Positions 1 through 10,779 of a stretch of DNA of 64,000 nt are shown in pieces; the first letter of the stretch is position 1; every line of letters begins with the position of its first letter. Source of the stretch: an uncultured Methanoregulaceae archaeon (GTDB lineage Archaea; Halobacteriota; Methanomicrobia; Methanomicrobiales; Methanospirillaceae); NCBI GenBank assembly GCA_963701095.1, contig OY969564.1, positions 1,312,001 through 1,376,000 of the forward strand, read 5' to 3'. Position numbers and translations under genes: made by a program. The notes below the pieces were generated by a model that saw only the letters and a program-made list of their open reading frames with translations, did no database searches and was not told where the DNA came from.

Positions 1-92
1 GTTTTTCTTCGGGAAAAGTGTGGATATTCCCTTTAATTGCATCCGTGATGTGACAGATTGATGATACAGGACATGCTACAACATAACGGTAC

Positions 93-725
93 ATGAGTGT
101 CGGACTGTTCATTAACGGTATCATCATTGGTATTGCATTAGCAGCCCCGGTCGGTCCGATAGCATTTTTGTGCATCCAGCGTTCGCTCGCCAATGGTAGT
201 CTCCATGGTATAAGCTCCGGTCTCGGCGTTGCCACTGCTGACGCTTTTTATGCGACGGTAGCGGCATTTGGCCTTGCACTTATTTCGGATTTCCTGCTTG
301 CCCGACAGAGATTTTTCCGTTTGTTCGGCGGTCTCGCACTCATTGTAATTGGGATCCGCATCGTCTTTTCTGAGCCACCCCAAAGTGCAATAACTCAAGA
401 GAAAGAATCATTCATTGCCGATTATTCTACAATGCTTGTTATCGCTCTTGCGAACCCCTTGACCATCCTTTTCTTTACTATAATTATCCCGGGTTTTGGT
501 GTAGTGATTAGTGGAAATACATGGCTTAATCCGGCAATATTTGTTATTGGTGTTTTTCTGGGAGAACTGGGTTGGTGGATATTCCTCTGCGGAACGCTTG
601 GTTCAATGAGAGACTACCTTACTCGGGAGCGCCTGCACCTGATCAACCGGATCGCAGGTTTTGTAATTGCTTTATTCGGAGCAGTACTGATCGGTTCCCT
701 GTTTGTCAATTTTGATATTGAGTAA
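93..725 (+). CDS. LysE/RhtB family amino-acid exporter
   Basis: 210 aa, hydrophobic; N-terminal G..LAAPVGP motif, G..SGLGVATADAFY and LANPLTI motifs typical of LysE translocators. Confidence 0.85.
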   Translation: MSVGLFINGIIIGIALAAPVGPIAFLCIQRSLANGSLHGISSGLGVATADAFYATVAAFGLALISDFLLARQRFFRLFGGLALIVIGIRIVFSEPPQSAITQEKESFIADYSTMLVIALANPLTILFFTIIIPGFGVVISGNTWLNPAIFVIGVFLGELGWWIFLCGTLGSMRDYLTRERLHLINRIAGFVIALFGAVLIGSLFVNFDIE

Positions 726-819
726 TGCATCGGAATACCCCCAGCAGTTTGGGGAGGTTTCTTTCATCCCTTATCTCAGTTCACTAAGATATACCAACAA
801 TGCATTCGCGGTTAGCCAG

Positions 820-840
820 ATAGTTCACTTATTTAACTAT
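820..840. promoter_or_regulatory. Putative MarR operator overlapping the TATA box
   Basis: Inverted repeat ATAGTT-N9-AACTAT enclosing TTATTTAA, about 35 nt upstream of the marR ATG. Confidence 0.5.
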
Positions 841-875
841 TAAGCTACAAAACTAATTTCAGAAGTTGAACCCCT

Positions 876-1319
876 ATGGCTGAAGATATTCGAGATCGTG
901 CTGCCGATGCACTTCTTGCACTTATTCCTCTCTATTATAAGAACGTGATCCGGCACAGGCCCTCAATTACCGGCATACAGGTGGCACAGCTACATACTCT
1001 TGGCATACTCATGAAGCACAAAGAGATGCAGATGTCTGAAATCGGAAGCTGCCTTTATATCTCCCGCCCTTACATGACCCGTCTTGCCGATCTTATGATA
1101 AATGACGGTCTTGTGGAACGCCTTCCCGATCCTGCCGATCGCCGGGTGATCAACCTCGCAATTACCGAGAAAGGAAAAAAATATCTCCGGCAGTCAATTA
1201 ACTGGTACAGGAAGGACCTCAAAGAGAATCTTGCTGGTCTAAACGACAACGATATCGGCAAGCTATGTATAGCATTGGAAGATGCATACCAGATTCTTGC
1301 AAAACTACAGTCGGGGTGA
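876..1319 (+). CDS. MarR family transcriptional regulator
   Basis: 147 aa winged-HTH with GLVER.PDPADRRVINLAITEKG motif. Confidence 0.9.
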   Translation: MAEDIRDRAADALLALIPLYYKNVIRHRPSITGIQVAQLHTLGILMKHKEMQMSEIGSCLYISRPYMTRLADLMINDGLVERLPDPADRRVINLAITEKGKKYLRQSINWYRKDLKENLAGLNDNDIGKLCIALEDAYQILAKLQSG

Positions 1320-1324
1320 CAAGG

Positions 1325-2452
1325 ATGCGTCTGTTTGGTCACGATCTACTGCTCGGGCAGGATAAACAGCATAGTGATACGGTCAATGTGATACCTGCAG
1401 GGAACGCATCAGATTCTTTACAGGCAGTTCATGGATGGGACAGTAGCAATGGGACAGCAATCATAAAGATCGAACATCTCTCCAAGGTCTTTGCGAGTAA
1501 AACAAAGACGGTGACTGCCGTAAACGATGTCTCTTTTGAAGTGAACCATGGGGAAATTTTCGGACTTCTTGGCGCAAACGGCGCCGGGAAAAGTACGCTT
1601 ATCAGAATTCTCACAACTCTTCTTTCCCCGACATCGGGACAGGCATTTGTCAATAATTACGACATTACCAAAGACCCGGAAAAGATTCGGGAAATTATCG
1701 GGGTTTGCTCACAGAACTACACGAGCGATTCCGAATTGACCGCCTACGACAACCTTGAATTCTACGGAAAACTCGAAAATGTTCCGGACAGCATCCTTCC
1801 GGACCGGATCTGGGAACTTCTGAAAATGGCCGGGCTCTCCGACCGGGCATACATGCCGGTAGGTACATTCTCAGGTGGTATGAAACGAAAGCTTGAGATC
1901 GTCCGGGCATTTATCCACCGCCCGCTTATCCTTTTCTTGGATGAACCAACCATCGGTCTCGATCCAGAAGCCCGCAGGGAGGTATGGCAGCAGATCATGA
2001 TGCTCAATAAGGAGAATACGACGATCATTCTCACCACGCATTATATGGATGAGGCGGAAAAACTCTGCGGCCGGATCGCATTTGTGGAACGCGGCAGATT
2101 GATCGCTCTTGACACTTTGGAAAACCTCAGGAAACTAATCCCGGCAGGTGACCTTATTGAAATCGGCGTGGACCACATGGATCCCCAGGCAGAAGAGGCA
2201 ATACGTAATGTTAAACTTGTCAATGCTGTCTCGGTTATCGAGCATACGGTTATGATTTCGGCAACAAATGGAAGTAAGGTAATTCCCTCTATTCTTGCAG
2301 TTTTCGAAAAATTCCAGATTCCCATCATATCTATCTCAATCCGGTCTCCCTCCCTTGAGGACATTTTTATCTACCTCACAGGTAAAGGACTGGAAAGCGG
2401 CAACGGGGAGGAAGAAAATGCATCCGTCCCCGGCGGGAGGCGGCCGCATTGA
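1325..2452 (+). CDS. ABC transporter ATP-binding protein (DrrA-like)
   Basis: Walker A GANGAGKST, signature FSGGMKRK, Walker B ILFLDEPT, H-loop TTHYM; start taken at ATG 1325 just after the marR stop. Confidence 0.9.
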   Translation: MRLFGHDLLLGQDKQHSDTVNVIPAGNASDSLQAVHGWDSSNGTAIIKIEHLSKVFASKTKTVTAVNDVSFEVNHGEIFGLLGANGAGKSTLIRILTTLLSPTSGQAFVNNYDITKDPEKIREIIGVCSQNYTSDSELTAYDNLEFYGKLENVPDSILPDRIWELLKMAGLSDRAYMPVGTFSGGMKRKLEIVRAFIHRPLILFLDEPTIGLDPEARREVWQQIMMLNKENTTIILTTHYMDEAEKLCGRIAFVERGRLIALDTLENLRKLIPAGDLIEIGVDHMDPQAEEAIRNVKLVNAVSVIEHTVMISATNGSKVIPSILAVFEKFQIPIISISIRSPSLEDIFIYLTGKGLESGNGEEENASVPGGRRPH

Positions 2453-3546
2453 TGCGGGGGCCCATCGCCATTTTCAAAAGGGATTTCAAAAAGTTCCTGA
2501 GCAACCCGTTCATCATTATGATGACGCTGATTATGCCTATCATATATCTAGTGGTCTTTGGGAATGTGATAGGAGGAACCATCAGTCATATCCCGGTTGG
2601 TGTCGTCCAAGAAGTTCCGCCTTACACGGAAACACCGCTTTTCACAAATGCTGCCTACCAGCTTAACCATATCAGCCAAGGTAGCCAAAATGATGCAGAA
2701 AAAGAATTGGATGTGACAATTTATGCCGATGAAGCTCAGGCCAAACAGGATTTGGAAAACGGAAAGATCGGAGCGGTTATTGTTTTCCCGTCATCTGTAT
2801 CAAACGATAATGCGGTCCGCCTCTATGTTGACAGTTCAGATTCCGTAATTCCTCCTCTTGTCGAAGGCGCAGTAAACCAGGTCCTTCTGGGTCTTGGGGC
2901 AGACAACCCGATCATTGTCGATAAGATCTATGGGGATATAACGTATCTCCAGTTCTTTGGCGTCGGAGTGATCATGATGGCCATCTTTACCTCAACTATG
3001 TTCGGTGGGGGGATTGCACTTATCAAAGATCGTGAAAACGGCATCCATGAAGGCTATCTGGTGACACCAGTAAAACGATCAAGCATCGTAATGGGTATCA
3101 TTTCCAGCGGGACCGTCAGAGCTTTTATAGCAGGATTTACCATATTCTGGATCGATCTGCTAATCACCGGCATCACCCTCCAGAGTTTTCAGGATTTTTT
3201 GCTTGTCCTGCTGGTTATCTTGATAGCTTGCATGGGGGTGACAAGCCTTGTCGTCTCTTTTGCATCACGGTTCTCATCACAGCAGGAGTATTCTTCAGTC
3301 ATCGCGTTTTTCAATCTCATGCTGTTCATGACTTCGGGTGCTTTTTATCCGGTAATAGGCATGCCAAGCTGGTTACGCTGGATCACAGTAATTAATCCGG
3401 AGTATTATGGGATAGATGCGTTGAGGAGCATAATCCTCAGGAACCAGGGACTTAACGTTATTGGGATCGATCTTATAGCGCTTTTGATCTTCTCGTCGGT
3501 AATGATTGTCCTGGGGATTGTCACTTTCAGGAGGACACTTGAATAA
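2452..3546 (+). CDS. ABC-2 type permease
   Basis: N-terminal TM, extracellular loop, five C-terminal TMs, DRE.G and SGAFYP...P.WL...NP..Y motifs; start overlaps the ATPase stop. Confidence 0.9.
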   Translation: MRGPIAIFKRDFKKFLSNPFIIMMTLIMPIIYLVVFGNVIGGTISHIPVGVVQEVPPYTETPLFTNAAYQLNHISQGSQNDAEKELDVTIYADEAQAKQDLENGKIGAVIVFPSSVSNDNAVRLYVDSSDSVIPPLVEGAVNQVLLGLGADNPIIVDKIYGDITYLQFFGVGVIMMAIFTSTMFGGGIALIKDRENGIHEGYLVTPVKRSSIVMGIISSGTVRAFIAGFTIFWIDLLITGITLQSFQDFLLVLLVILIACMGVTSLVVSFASRFSSQQEYSSVIAFFNLMLFMTSGAFYPVIGMPSWLRWITVINPEYYGIDALRSIILRNQGLNVIGIDLIALLIFSSVMIVLGIVTFRRTLE

Positions 3547-3559
3547 CGGTGGTGCAAGT

Positions 3560-3703
3560 ATGGGAAACAAATGTTATCTGAACACCGACAGTAAAAAAAT
3601 ATCGAGCTCGCGGGGGAACCCCAAGCAAAATTATGATCTGAACGACCCGATTAACGAGATTATGAAGATAATTGACAGGCATTTGGGAGAGGGATATATA
3701 TGA
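3560..3703 (+). CDS. Possible 47-aa small protein within the operon
   Basis: GGTGGTG RBS-like sequence before ATG 3560; its TGA overlaps the ATG at 3700 (ATGA). Confidence 0.3.
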   Translation: MGNKCYLNTDSKKISSSRGNPKQNYDLNDPINEIMKIIDRHLGEGYI

Positions 3704-5127
3704 TATGGATTTCAACCTGTACTAAACTTTACAGAACTTTTTCGAGGAACTGCATGAATAAAATGAGTCGATCTTTACCCCTTGAAAAAAAAGAGGCTGC
3801 CGGGGCAGTACAAAGTATTATTGGACACCGAGCAAATCTGCCGCGATTTCTGTGCCTCATTTCAATCATCCTTGTAGTATGTGCCATATCTCCGGTAATG
3901 GCCGGGACACAAATCATGACCGGGAGCCCCGAACTGAATGCACACATTGTAGGTACCAATGAATTTTCACCGGGCGACGATGTTAACCTTCAGATCACCA
4001 TTGAAAACACGGGACTTAATCAGTTTGAAATTGTTGAGACCGGCCTCATCACCCCCACCGATCTTTCGAACACCGCAAAACAGGTGACCGCGACGTTGGA
4101 TGCGGGAGATGCGCCCCTTGTGGTCAAAGCCGATCCCCAGATAGTGGGCGATCTCCTGGCGAGTGACAGTGCCATTGCCACATTCCATATTACCGTTAAC
4201 CAGTATGCTCCCGGAGGGACATATCAGATTCCCATCATACTGAATTATTCCTACCTATACCAGGCAAACCAAGAAGGTAGTGAAACCCTGAATTACCAGT
4301 ATAAGAATGTCAATGAAACGCTTTCCATACCTATTACCATAAAACCCGAAGTTGAAGTCGCTGTGTCAAATGTGGAGACGGAAGGCCTGAACGCAGGGAA
4401 CGAGGGTTATATCTATTTAACCGTAAAGAATATCGGGTCTGACAACGGTCAGAATGCTGTTATCCGGATCCAGCAGAACGGACAGAGCCCGATAGTTCCT
4501 ACGGATGGGAGTTTCTATGTGGGGGATTACCCGGTAGGATCGGCAGTCAACTGTACCTTCCGGGCCCAGATATCAAGCAATGCCCAACAGAGTATCTACC
4601 CGCTTGATGTGCTCGTCTATTATAAGAATTTCGAAGGGGATTATGTGGATTCACCGATTGAGACCGTCGGGGTCCAAGTCGGTCAAAAAGTGGACTTTGC
4701 AATAACGCCGGTTTCGGCTTCAGTTACGCCAGGTGCTAACGCCGTCATCACGTTCCAATTCCAGAATACCGGAGGGACAACCGCCTACAATGCTGAGGCA
4801 CGGATAAGCGCTATTGATCCCTTCACTAGTAACGACGATACAGCATTCCTGGGTACCATGGCACCCGGCGATGTTCGCACGGCTTCTTTCAACGTCGCAG
4901 TTGACCCGTCTGCAACCGTTAAAGAGTACGGGCTGGATTCAGAAGTGATTTACCGGGATGCTCTCGATAACCAGTTCACCTCCGACCCGCTCAAGGCTAA
5001 TGTCGAGGTGGTGCCAGCGAAATCTGTCGTGTCCCTGATTGGCCTCCCGTACCTGGTCGCCATTCTCATTGTGGTACTTGCTATTGCAGGTTACGTTGTC
5101 TATGTAAAACGGTTCAAACCCCGGTAA
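3700..5127 (+). CDS. S-layer domain (COG1361-like) secreted, membrane-anchored protein
   Basis: Signal-like hydrophobic stretch, repeated Ig-like beta domains (PGDDVNLQITIENTG, N.G), C-terminal TM plus basic tail; true start may be downstream. Confidence 0.8.
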   Translation: MIWISTCTKLYRTFSRNCMNKMSRSLPLEKKEAAGAVQSIIGHRANLPRFLCLISIILVVCAISPVMAGTQIMTGSPELNAHIVGTNEFSPGDDVNLQITIENTGLNQFEIVETGLITPTDLSNTAKQVTATLDAGDAPLVVKADPQIVGDLLASDSAIATFHITVNQYAPGGTYQIPIILNYSYLYQANQEGSETLNYQYKNVNETLSIPITIKPEVEVAVSNVETEGLNAGNEGYIYLTVKNIGSDNGQNAVIRIQQNGQSPIVPTDGSFYVGDYPVGSAVNCTFRAQISSNAQQSIYPLDVLVYYKNFEGDYVDSPIETVGVQVGQKVDFAITPVSASVTPGANAVITFQFQNTGGTTAYNAEARISAIDPFTSNDDTAFLGTMAPGDVRTASFNVAVDPSATVKEYGLDSEVIYRDALDNQFTSDPLKANVEVVPAKSVVSLIGLPYLVAILIVVLAIAGYVVYVKRFKPR

Positions 5128-5237
5128 ACCTTTTGACCCGGTTTTTCTACCGGCGCTGATGTGGCCAACCCAAAATAACACATACGATGAATATCCTATT
5201 CCGGACGACCGGTTAAATTCCAGACCTAAGGAACATT

Positions 5238-7541
5238 ATGATCGATCAGATCTTCAGCGCGATTGCACATCTTGTCAATCGCCGGCCTGAGCTTGTTGTC
5301 GCACTTATTGGCGTAATTTTTATCATCGCCCTTTTCGGCGTGACCATGATCACCATGCAGACCGGAAATGATACTTATATGAACAAGAATTCGCCGGAAG
5401 GTGTAGTAAACAAAGAATATACCAATACATTTAACCAGGATTCCCTGATCCTCATCATTGAAACGAGTGATCCGCTCAACCCCGCCGTACTTTCCTATAT
5501 GGACCGGCTTGAAAGTGATATCCGCCAGCAGCAACACATAACAAGTGCGTCAAGCGTTGTGGATATCCTCAAACAAGAGAACAACGGTGTGCTCCCCCAG
5601 ACCAAGGGAGAGATCAGTACTCTTGTAAACCAAATACCTCCCGCCGTCCAAACCACAGCCGTACCGTCAAATGTGCTTACCCTGATGGAAGTACAACTGG
5701 ACACTGGTCTTTCCGACAATACAGAAACATCTGTCCTTAATACTGTGCAACAGGCGGTTGACCAGTCAAATCCACCAGCCGGAGTGACCGTCTCCCTCTC
5801 CGGGACTCCCGCATTTGATGCACAAATGAAAGCCGCGATGGGATCCCAGATGGGGGTTCTGATCGGCGCTGCCATGATCCTCATGGTGCTTGTCATGGGC
5901 GTTCTTTTCTCCTATGTCAGCTATCGATTCCTTCCCGTAATCTTTGTGGGGCTTGGTCTCACGACCGCACTTGGGCTGATGGGTCTTGCTGGAATCCAGC
6001 TCAACATGGCGGTACTTGGTGCATTCCCAGTCATGATCGGTCTTGGGATCGATTACGCGATCCAGTTCCATGCCCGCCTGGATGAGGAATCACGGAAAGG
6101 ATCGCTCGATGATGCAGTCTATATGACCATTACCCGCACCGGCCCTGCGGTTATGTATGCAATGCTTGCTACTTCTCTGGGATTTGCGGCAATGTTTATT
6201 TCCACTGTGCCAATGATCCAGTCGTTCGGGCTTGTGGCAATCATCGGTATCATGAGCTGCTACTGCATTTCACTTGTAGGTATACCAGCAGTTGCTCAGG
6301 TTATCCATTATAAACCAAAACAAAAGACTCCTACTGTCTGCTATGCGGTCGGCGAGGAGGCCTGCGATACACTCCCGGTGCAGAAGAAGAATTCATGGTC
6401 CTACGGCCAGTTCCTCACAGATACTTCGGTGAAGATAGCCAAGAACCCAGTTCCGATCCTCCTCCTCGCTGCACTCATTGCCGTAATAGGCTTCCAAATT
6501 GACCCGATCATTCCCATCGAAGCTAATCAGAACAACTTTGTTCCCAGCAACATGCCAGCGAAGATTGAAATCGACAAAGTCACACGGGTTCTTGGATCAA
6601 CCACAACCGCAGATTTCTACGTTCAGGGAGGGAGGGTCACTGACCTCGATTCCATACAATGGATCGAAACATTCCAGGATTACGAGCTGTCCCATCATTC
6701 ACAAATCACCTCGGCAACAAGTATTGTCACCTTCATTATGGCCTACAACGGCGGGGTAATGCCCCAGACCCAAAGTCAGCTGGACGCCGCCCTTGATAAA
6801 ATACCCTCCGGTGTAAAAGACCGGTACCTCAGCGGTTCGATGAGAGGGGTCATTGAGTTCGGAATGGCTAACCTCCAGATTCCCCAGGAAGAGGATCTCA
6901 AGAAAGTGATGGTGAACGATATTGCTTTCCTAAACCCGCCTATAGGTATATCGATACAGCCGGCCGGAAGTTTTGATATAATGACTGCTCTCATCGGGGG
7001 AATGTCATCCTCCAAGGATGAAATGACCTATCTGGGATTTGCCCTGATCTTTATCTTCCTCGCCCTGGTCTACCGGCATATCCATGCGATCTCACCGCTG
7101 ATCCCTATTGTGCTTATAGTCGGCTGGAACTCCGTAATGATGTATATTCTCGGCATCTCCTATTCCCCACTGACAGCGACACTCGGTTCCATGACTATCG
7201 GAGTCGCAGCTGAATACACTATTCTCGTAATGGAACGTTACAGCGAGGAGGAAGATCGACTGCATGATCATATTGCTGCAATCCAGGAAAGCGTCAAGAG
7301 AATAGGTACTGCTATCACCGTATCCGGTCTTGCAACATTCTTTGGGTTCTCGGCACTATGCCTTTCCAATTTCCCCATAATCAGCAACTTCGGTATTAGT
7401 ACCCTGATCGCAGTAGGATTCTCCCTTTGCGGTGCGATCTTCATCATGCCGGCAGTACTTTCTCTCATGGGACGGTTTACTGAATGGCTCGACGAAAGAA
7501 AGCAAAAGAACCACAAAGAGGATAGTATACCTTCACCGTAA
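5238..7541 (+). CDS. RND/MMPL superfamily (HAE3-type) transporter
   Basis: 767 aa, duplicated TM-loop-5TM architecture, GLGIDYAIQ and GVAAEYTI motifs. Confidence 0.9.
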   Translation: MIDQIFSAIAHLVNRRPELVVALIGVIFIIALFGVTMITMQTGNDTYMNKNSPEGVVNKEYTNTFNQDSLILIIETSDPLNPAVLSYMDRLESDIRQQQHITSASSVVDILKQENNGVLPQTKGEISTLVNQIPPAVQTTAVPSNVLTLMEVQLDTGLSDNTETSVLNTVQQAVDQSNPPAGVTVSLSGTPAFDAQMKAAMGSQMGVLIGAAMILMVLVMGVLFSYVSYRFLPVIFVGLGLTTALGLMGLAGIQLNMAVLGAFPVMIGLGIDYAIQFHARLDEESRKGSLDDAVYMTITRTGPAVMYAMLATSLGFAAMFISTVPMIQSFGLVAIIGIMSCYCISLVGIPAVAQVIHYKPKQKTPTVCYAVGEEACDTLPVQKKNSWSYGQFLTDTSVKIAKNPVPILLLAALIAVIGFQIDPIIPIEANQNNFVPSNMPAKIEIDKVTRVLGSTTTADFYVQGGRVTDLDSIQWIETFQDYELSHHSQITSATSIVTFIMAYNGGVMPQTQSQLDAALDKIPSGVKDRYLSGSMRGVIEFGMANLQIPQEEDLKKVMVNDIAFLNPPIGISIQPAGSFDIMTALIGGMSSSKDEMTYLGFALIFIFLALVYRHIHAISPLIPIVLIVGWNSVMMYILGISYSPLTATLGSMTIGVAAEYTILVMERYSEEEDRLHDHIAAIQESVKRIGTAITVSGLATFFGFSALCLSNFPIISNFGISTLIAVGFSLCGAIFIMPAVLSLMGRFTEWLDERKQKNHKEDSIPSP

Positions 7542-7691
7542 AATCTGAAAAGACAATAAAAAAGTCCTTAATTTTCTTTGTGAAAATTCAACGAAAATAT
7601 ACATTTTTCATTCTCCATATCGTGAACCGGATTTCTTTTGGATAACATGATATTTATTGAGCAATAACCTCTACAGCAAGTGCATCCTCGC

Positions 7692-9613
7692 ATGAATTCC
7701 CTAATTCGTACGGTCGCTCTCATCCAGATGAAAGTAGGACCAGATCCGGAAAATAACCTCAAGAAGGCACTTGAGCACGTTGAAAATGCAGGCCGGAACG
7801 GGGCACAGTTCATTTGTCTTCCCGAGCTGTTCCGTACCCGGTACTTTCCCCAGCAGATAGGTGTGCATGCAGAACAGCTAGCCGAGACTATTCCCGGTGA
7901 ATCTACGGAGGCTTTTGCCCGGCTCGCCCGTGATTATTCCGCAGTTATAATCGTCCCGGTCTTCGAACGATCGCTAACGGGGCGATTCTATAATGCAGCA
8001 GTCGTAATTGATGCTGATGGAAATCTTCACCCTCCCTATTACAAGGTACACATCCCACAGGATCCGAAATTTTTCGAAAAAGGATATTTCTATCCCGGAG
8101 ATCACTACGTCATTTATGATACTCAATATGGACGAATAGGCGTTCTTATCTGCTACGATCAATGGTTCCCCGAAGCAGCAAGGTGTGTTGCACTTAACGG
8201 TGCGGAGATCATCTTTTACCCGACTGCAATCGGCAATCCCTGCACCGATCCACCTTCAGAAGGGGACTGGCAGGAAGCCTGGGAACTAATCCAGCGCAGC
8301 CACGCCATCGCAAACAGCGTGCACATAGCTGCTGTTAATCGTGTAGGTCAGGAAGGTAATATCCGGTTTTTCGGAGGATCGTTTGTTTGTGACGCTTTTG
8401 GGAAACTGCTCGGAAAGGCAGGAGATACCGAGGAAACAGTCATGGCAAGAATCGATCTTGGTATAAACGCCACGATCCGGGAGTCGTGGGGATTTTTCAG
8501 GAACCGCCGCCCTGACACGTATGACGCCATAACCGCACGTTTTCCTGATCACGATGCCACAGCGTCGATTCCCCGAAAAGGGGATACTCCAAGAAAACTG
8601 GGCTTTTTCATGCCAGCCGAATGGGAACAGCACGATGCAGTCTGGTTATCGTGGCCGCGAAATAAGAACACCTTTCCCAATCTTACGGCCGTAGAGGATA
8701 TATATATCAGGTTTATTGCAGCAATTGTCCATTCCGAACGCGTCGAAATGTTCGTCCCCACTGCAGCTATAAACAGAGACGTAAAAACACGCCTGAAGAG
8801 CGCCGGGGTAGATCTCTCCGGGTTACTATCCGGACAACATCCTATTCAGACGTATGGATTCGTGATTATGGTCCGACATTTGTGGTTAACCCGGCACTAA
8901 AAAGATTGGCGATGGTTCGTTGGGAGTTTAATGCATGGGGAGAAAAATACGAAGATCAGATCGCAGATGGCTGCATCCCTGGTGAGATGAACAGATCTCT
9001 TGATCTGCCTGTTTTCAGGCCAGGAATTATTCTTGAAGGAGGATCCATTGATACCAACGGGATGGGAACAGTACTAACAACCAGTGCCTGCCTTCTCAAT
9101 CAGAACCGGAACCCGGATCTTACAAAGGATGAGATAGAAGAATATCTTACGGAATATCTGGGTGCAGTAAAAATAATCTGGCTCAACCGAGGTGTTGCCG
9201 GTGATGACACCGACGGACATATCGATGATATCGCACGGTTTGTTTCGCCATCTGTTATTGTCTGCGCATACGAAGAAAACCCAGACGATGAGAATTACGA
9301 GACTCTAAAAGAAAATTATGAGATCCTTGCTAGTGCAACAGATCAGGAAGAAAAACCATTCACGGTTATAAAGCTCCCCATGCCGGCTCCAGTTGTAATA
9401 GGTGATGACCGGTACCCGGCAAGTTATACAAACTTCTTTATCGGTAATACCTTGGTCATAGTTCCGGTCTTTAATGATCCTTCAGACGGAAAAGCGCTTC
9501 GTATAATACAGGATCTTTTTCCGGAAAAGACGGTGATTGGTATAAATGCCCGTGCGATGGTAGAAGGGTTTGGGACGTTCCATTGTGCAACCCAGCAACA
9601 GCCCCTCGTGTAA
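7692..9613 (+). CDS. Fused N-carbamoylputrescine amidohydrolase (nitrilase, AguB-like) and agmatine deiminase (AguA-like); one frameshift near 8820
   Basis: Nitrilase E-K-C triad (LPELF, YKVHIP, ICYDQWFPE) followed in frame by the deiminase start MPAEWE; the deiminase continues in another frame (WIRDYGP, EGGSI, DDTDGHIDD, GTFHCATQQQP). Confidence 0.85.
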
Positions 9614-9697
9614 GTCTTTTTTAAAAAGGATCCTTGCAATTTTGAACAGGTAGATTAAGCAGATCGTTTCTTTTGTTTATACAAGGTTAATAAAAAA

Positions 9698-10090
9698 TTA
9701 GTTCCATTTTACCAATACCAGCCCGGCGATACTAATGCCTGCAATGGCGGTAAAAATGGAAACCGGAGATTGTGTCGTTGTACCTGCTGATACCGGAGTA
9801 CCTGGTACAGGTGGTTGTGGACTTGTAATGGATGATGGTGAGGACGGCACCGTTGTCGGGGATTCTGTTGAAGCGGTTATATTCATCGCAGATGTTGCAG
9901 TACTTGTTACTGAAATTCCAGGTGTAACAGAGACTGATGGTGTAGCAATGGAGGTTGCCGTCACTGAAACTTCGGGGATTGTTGAGGAAGTAATGGATAT
10001 GCCCCTCGCACAAACCGGTGCCCAAAAAACAGCAAGAACGAGAAGGAGAACCATTACCAGCGTAAGTTTCAATGATAATCTCTTTGTCAT
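9698..10090 (-). CDS. Ser/Thr-rich cell-surface protein with C-terminal membrane anchor
   Basis: Signal peptide, S/T/P-rich linker, TTTQSP followed by a hydrophobic C-terminal segment. Confidence 0.65.
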   Translation of the reverse strand: MTKRLSLKLTLVMVLLLVLAVFWAPVCARGISITSSTIPEVSVTATSIATPSVSVTPGISVTSTATSAMNITASTESPTTVPSSPSSITSPQPPVPGTPVSAGTTTQSPVSIFTAIAGISIAGLVLVKWN

Positions 10091-10220
10091 AAAAGACAGT
10101 TAGATTTCCGGAGATATGAGAGTTATGTCTAAAGGCACATTTATGAATGGGTACCTGCCGCTTTTGATGTGCCTTGATCTTTGGCAATCTACAAACGTAT
10201 CCTGCAATAACAGGATTGTA

Positions 10221-10700
10221 TCATGCGGGTTTTTGTTGACGTAAGAACTCAATTACTTCGTTCATATCAGGAACACTATGGACCGGATAAACCTTCACAA
10301 ACCTGACACGCTGACTTTCATCCACAATAATATTCGCCCGCTCCGAGAACCCATTTGCACTTCTGAATATCCCGTATGATTGCGCTACCGCACCATGAGG
10401 CCAGAAATCGCACAACAGGGGGGTTTCGGTGACCTTAAGATCCTGGGCCCATGCCTTTTTGCACGGGACTGAATCGACGCTGATACCGACTGCCGTAGTG
10501 TTAAGTGATGTCAAAGTATCCCTATTTTCTTCGAGAGATTTCATCTGGCCTGCACAAAATGCAGTCCATGCTAACGGGTGAAACGAAAGAAGAACCCGTT
10601 TTCCTGATTGTTCCCTCAGATCAAATGTCTTGTCATTATGATCTTTGAGCGAGAAATTCGGTGCCGGATCTCCGGGCCGGATCATAGGCTGTTGTTCCAT
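10221..10700 (-). CDS. Peroxiredoxin (AhpC/TSA, AhpE-like)
   Basis: GDPAPNFSL, FHPLAWTAFC (PxxxTxxC), GISVDS, ERA motifs. Confidence 0.85.
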   Translation of the reverse strand: MEQQPMIRPGDPAPNFSLKDHNDKTFDLREQSGKRVLLSFHPLAWTAFCAGQMKSLEENRDTLTSLNTTAVGISVDSVPCKKAWAQDLKVTETPLLCDFWPHGAVAQSYGIFRSANGFSERANIIVDESQRVRFVKVYPVHSVPDMNEVIEFLRQQKPA

Positions 10701-10779
10701 AAAGTCACCTGCATTCCTCAATATAAGCATCCAATATATGAGGGTTAGCCTTACGGAAATTTCCGGTTAATTTCCGCGT

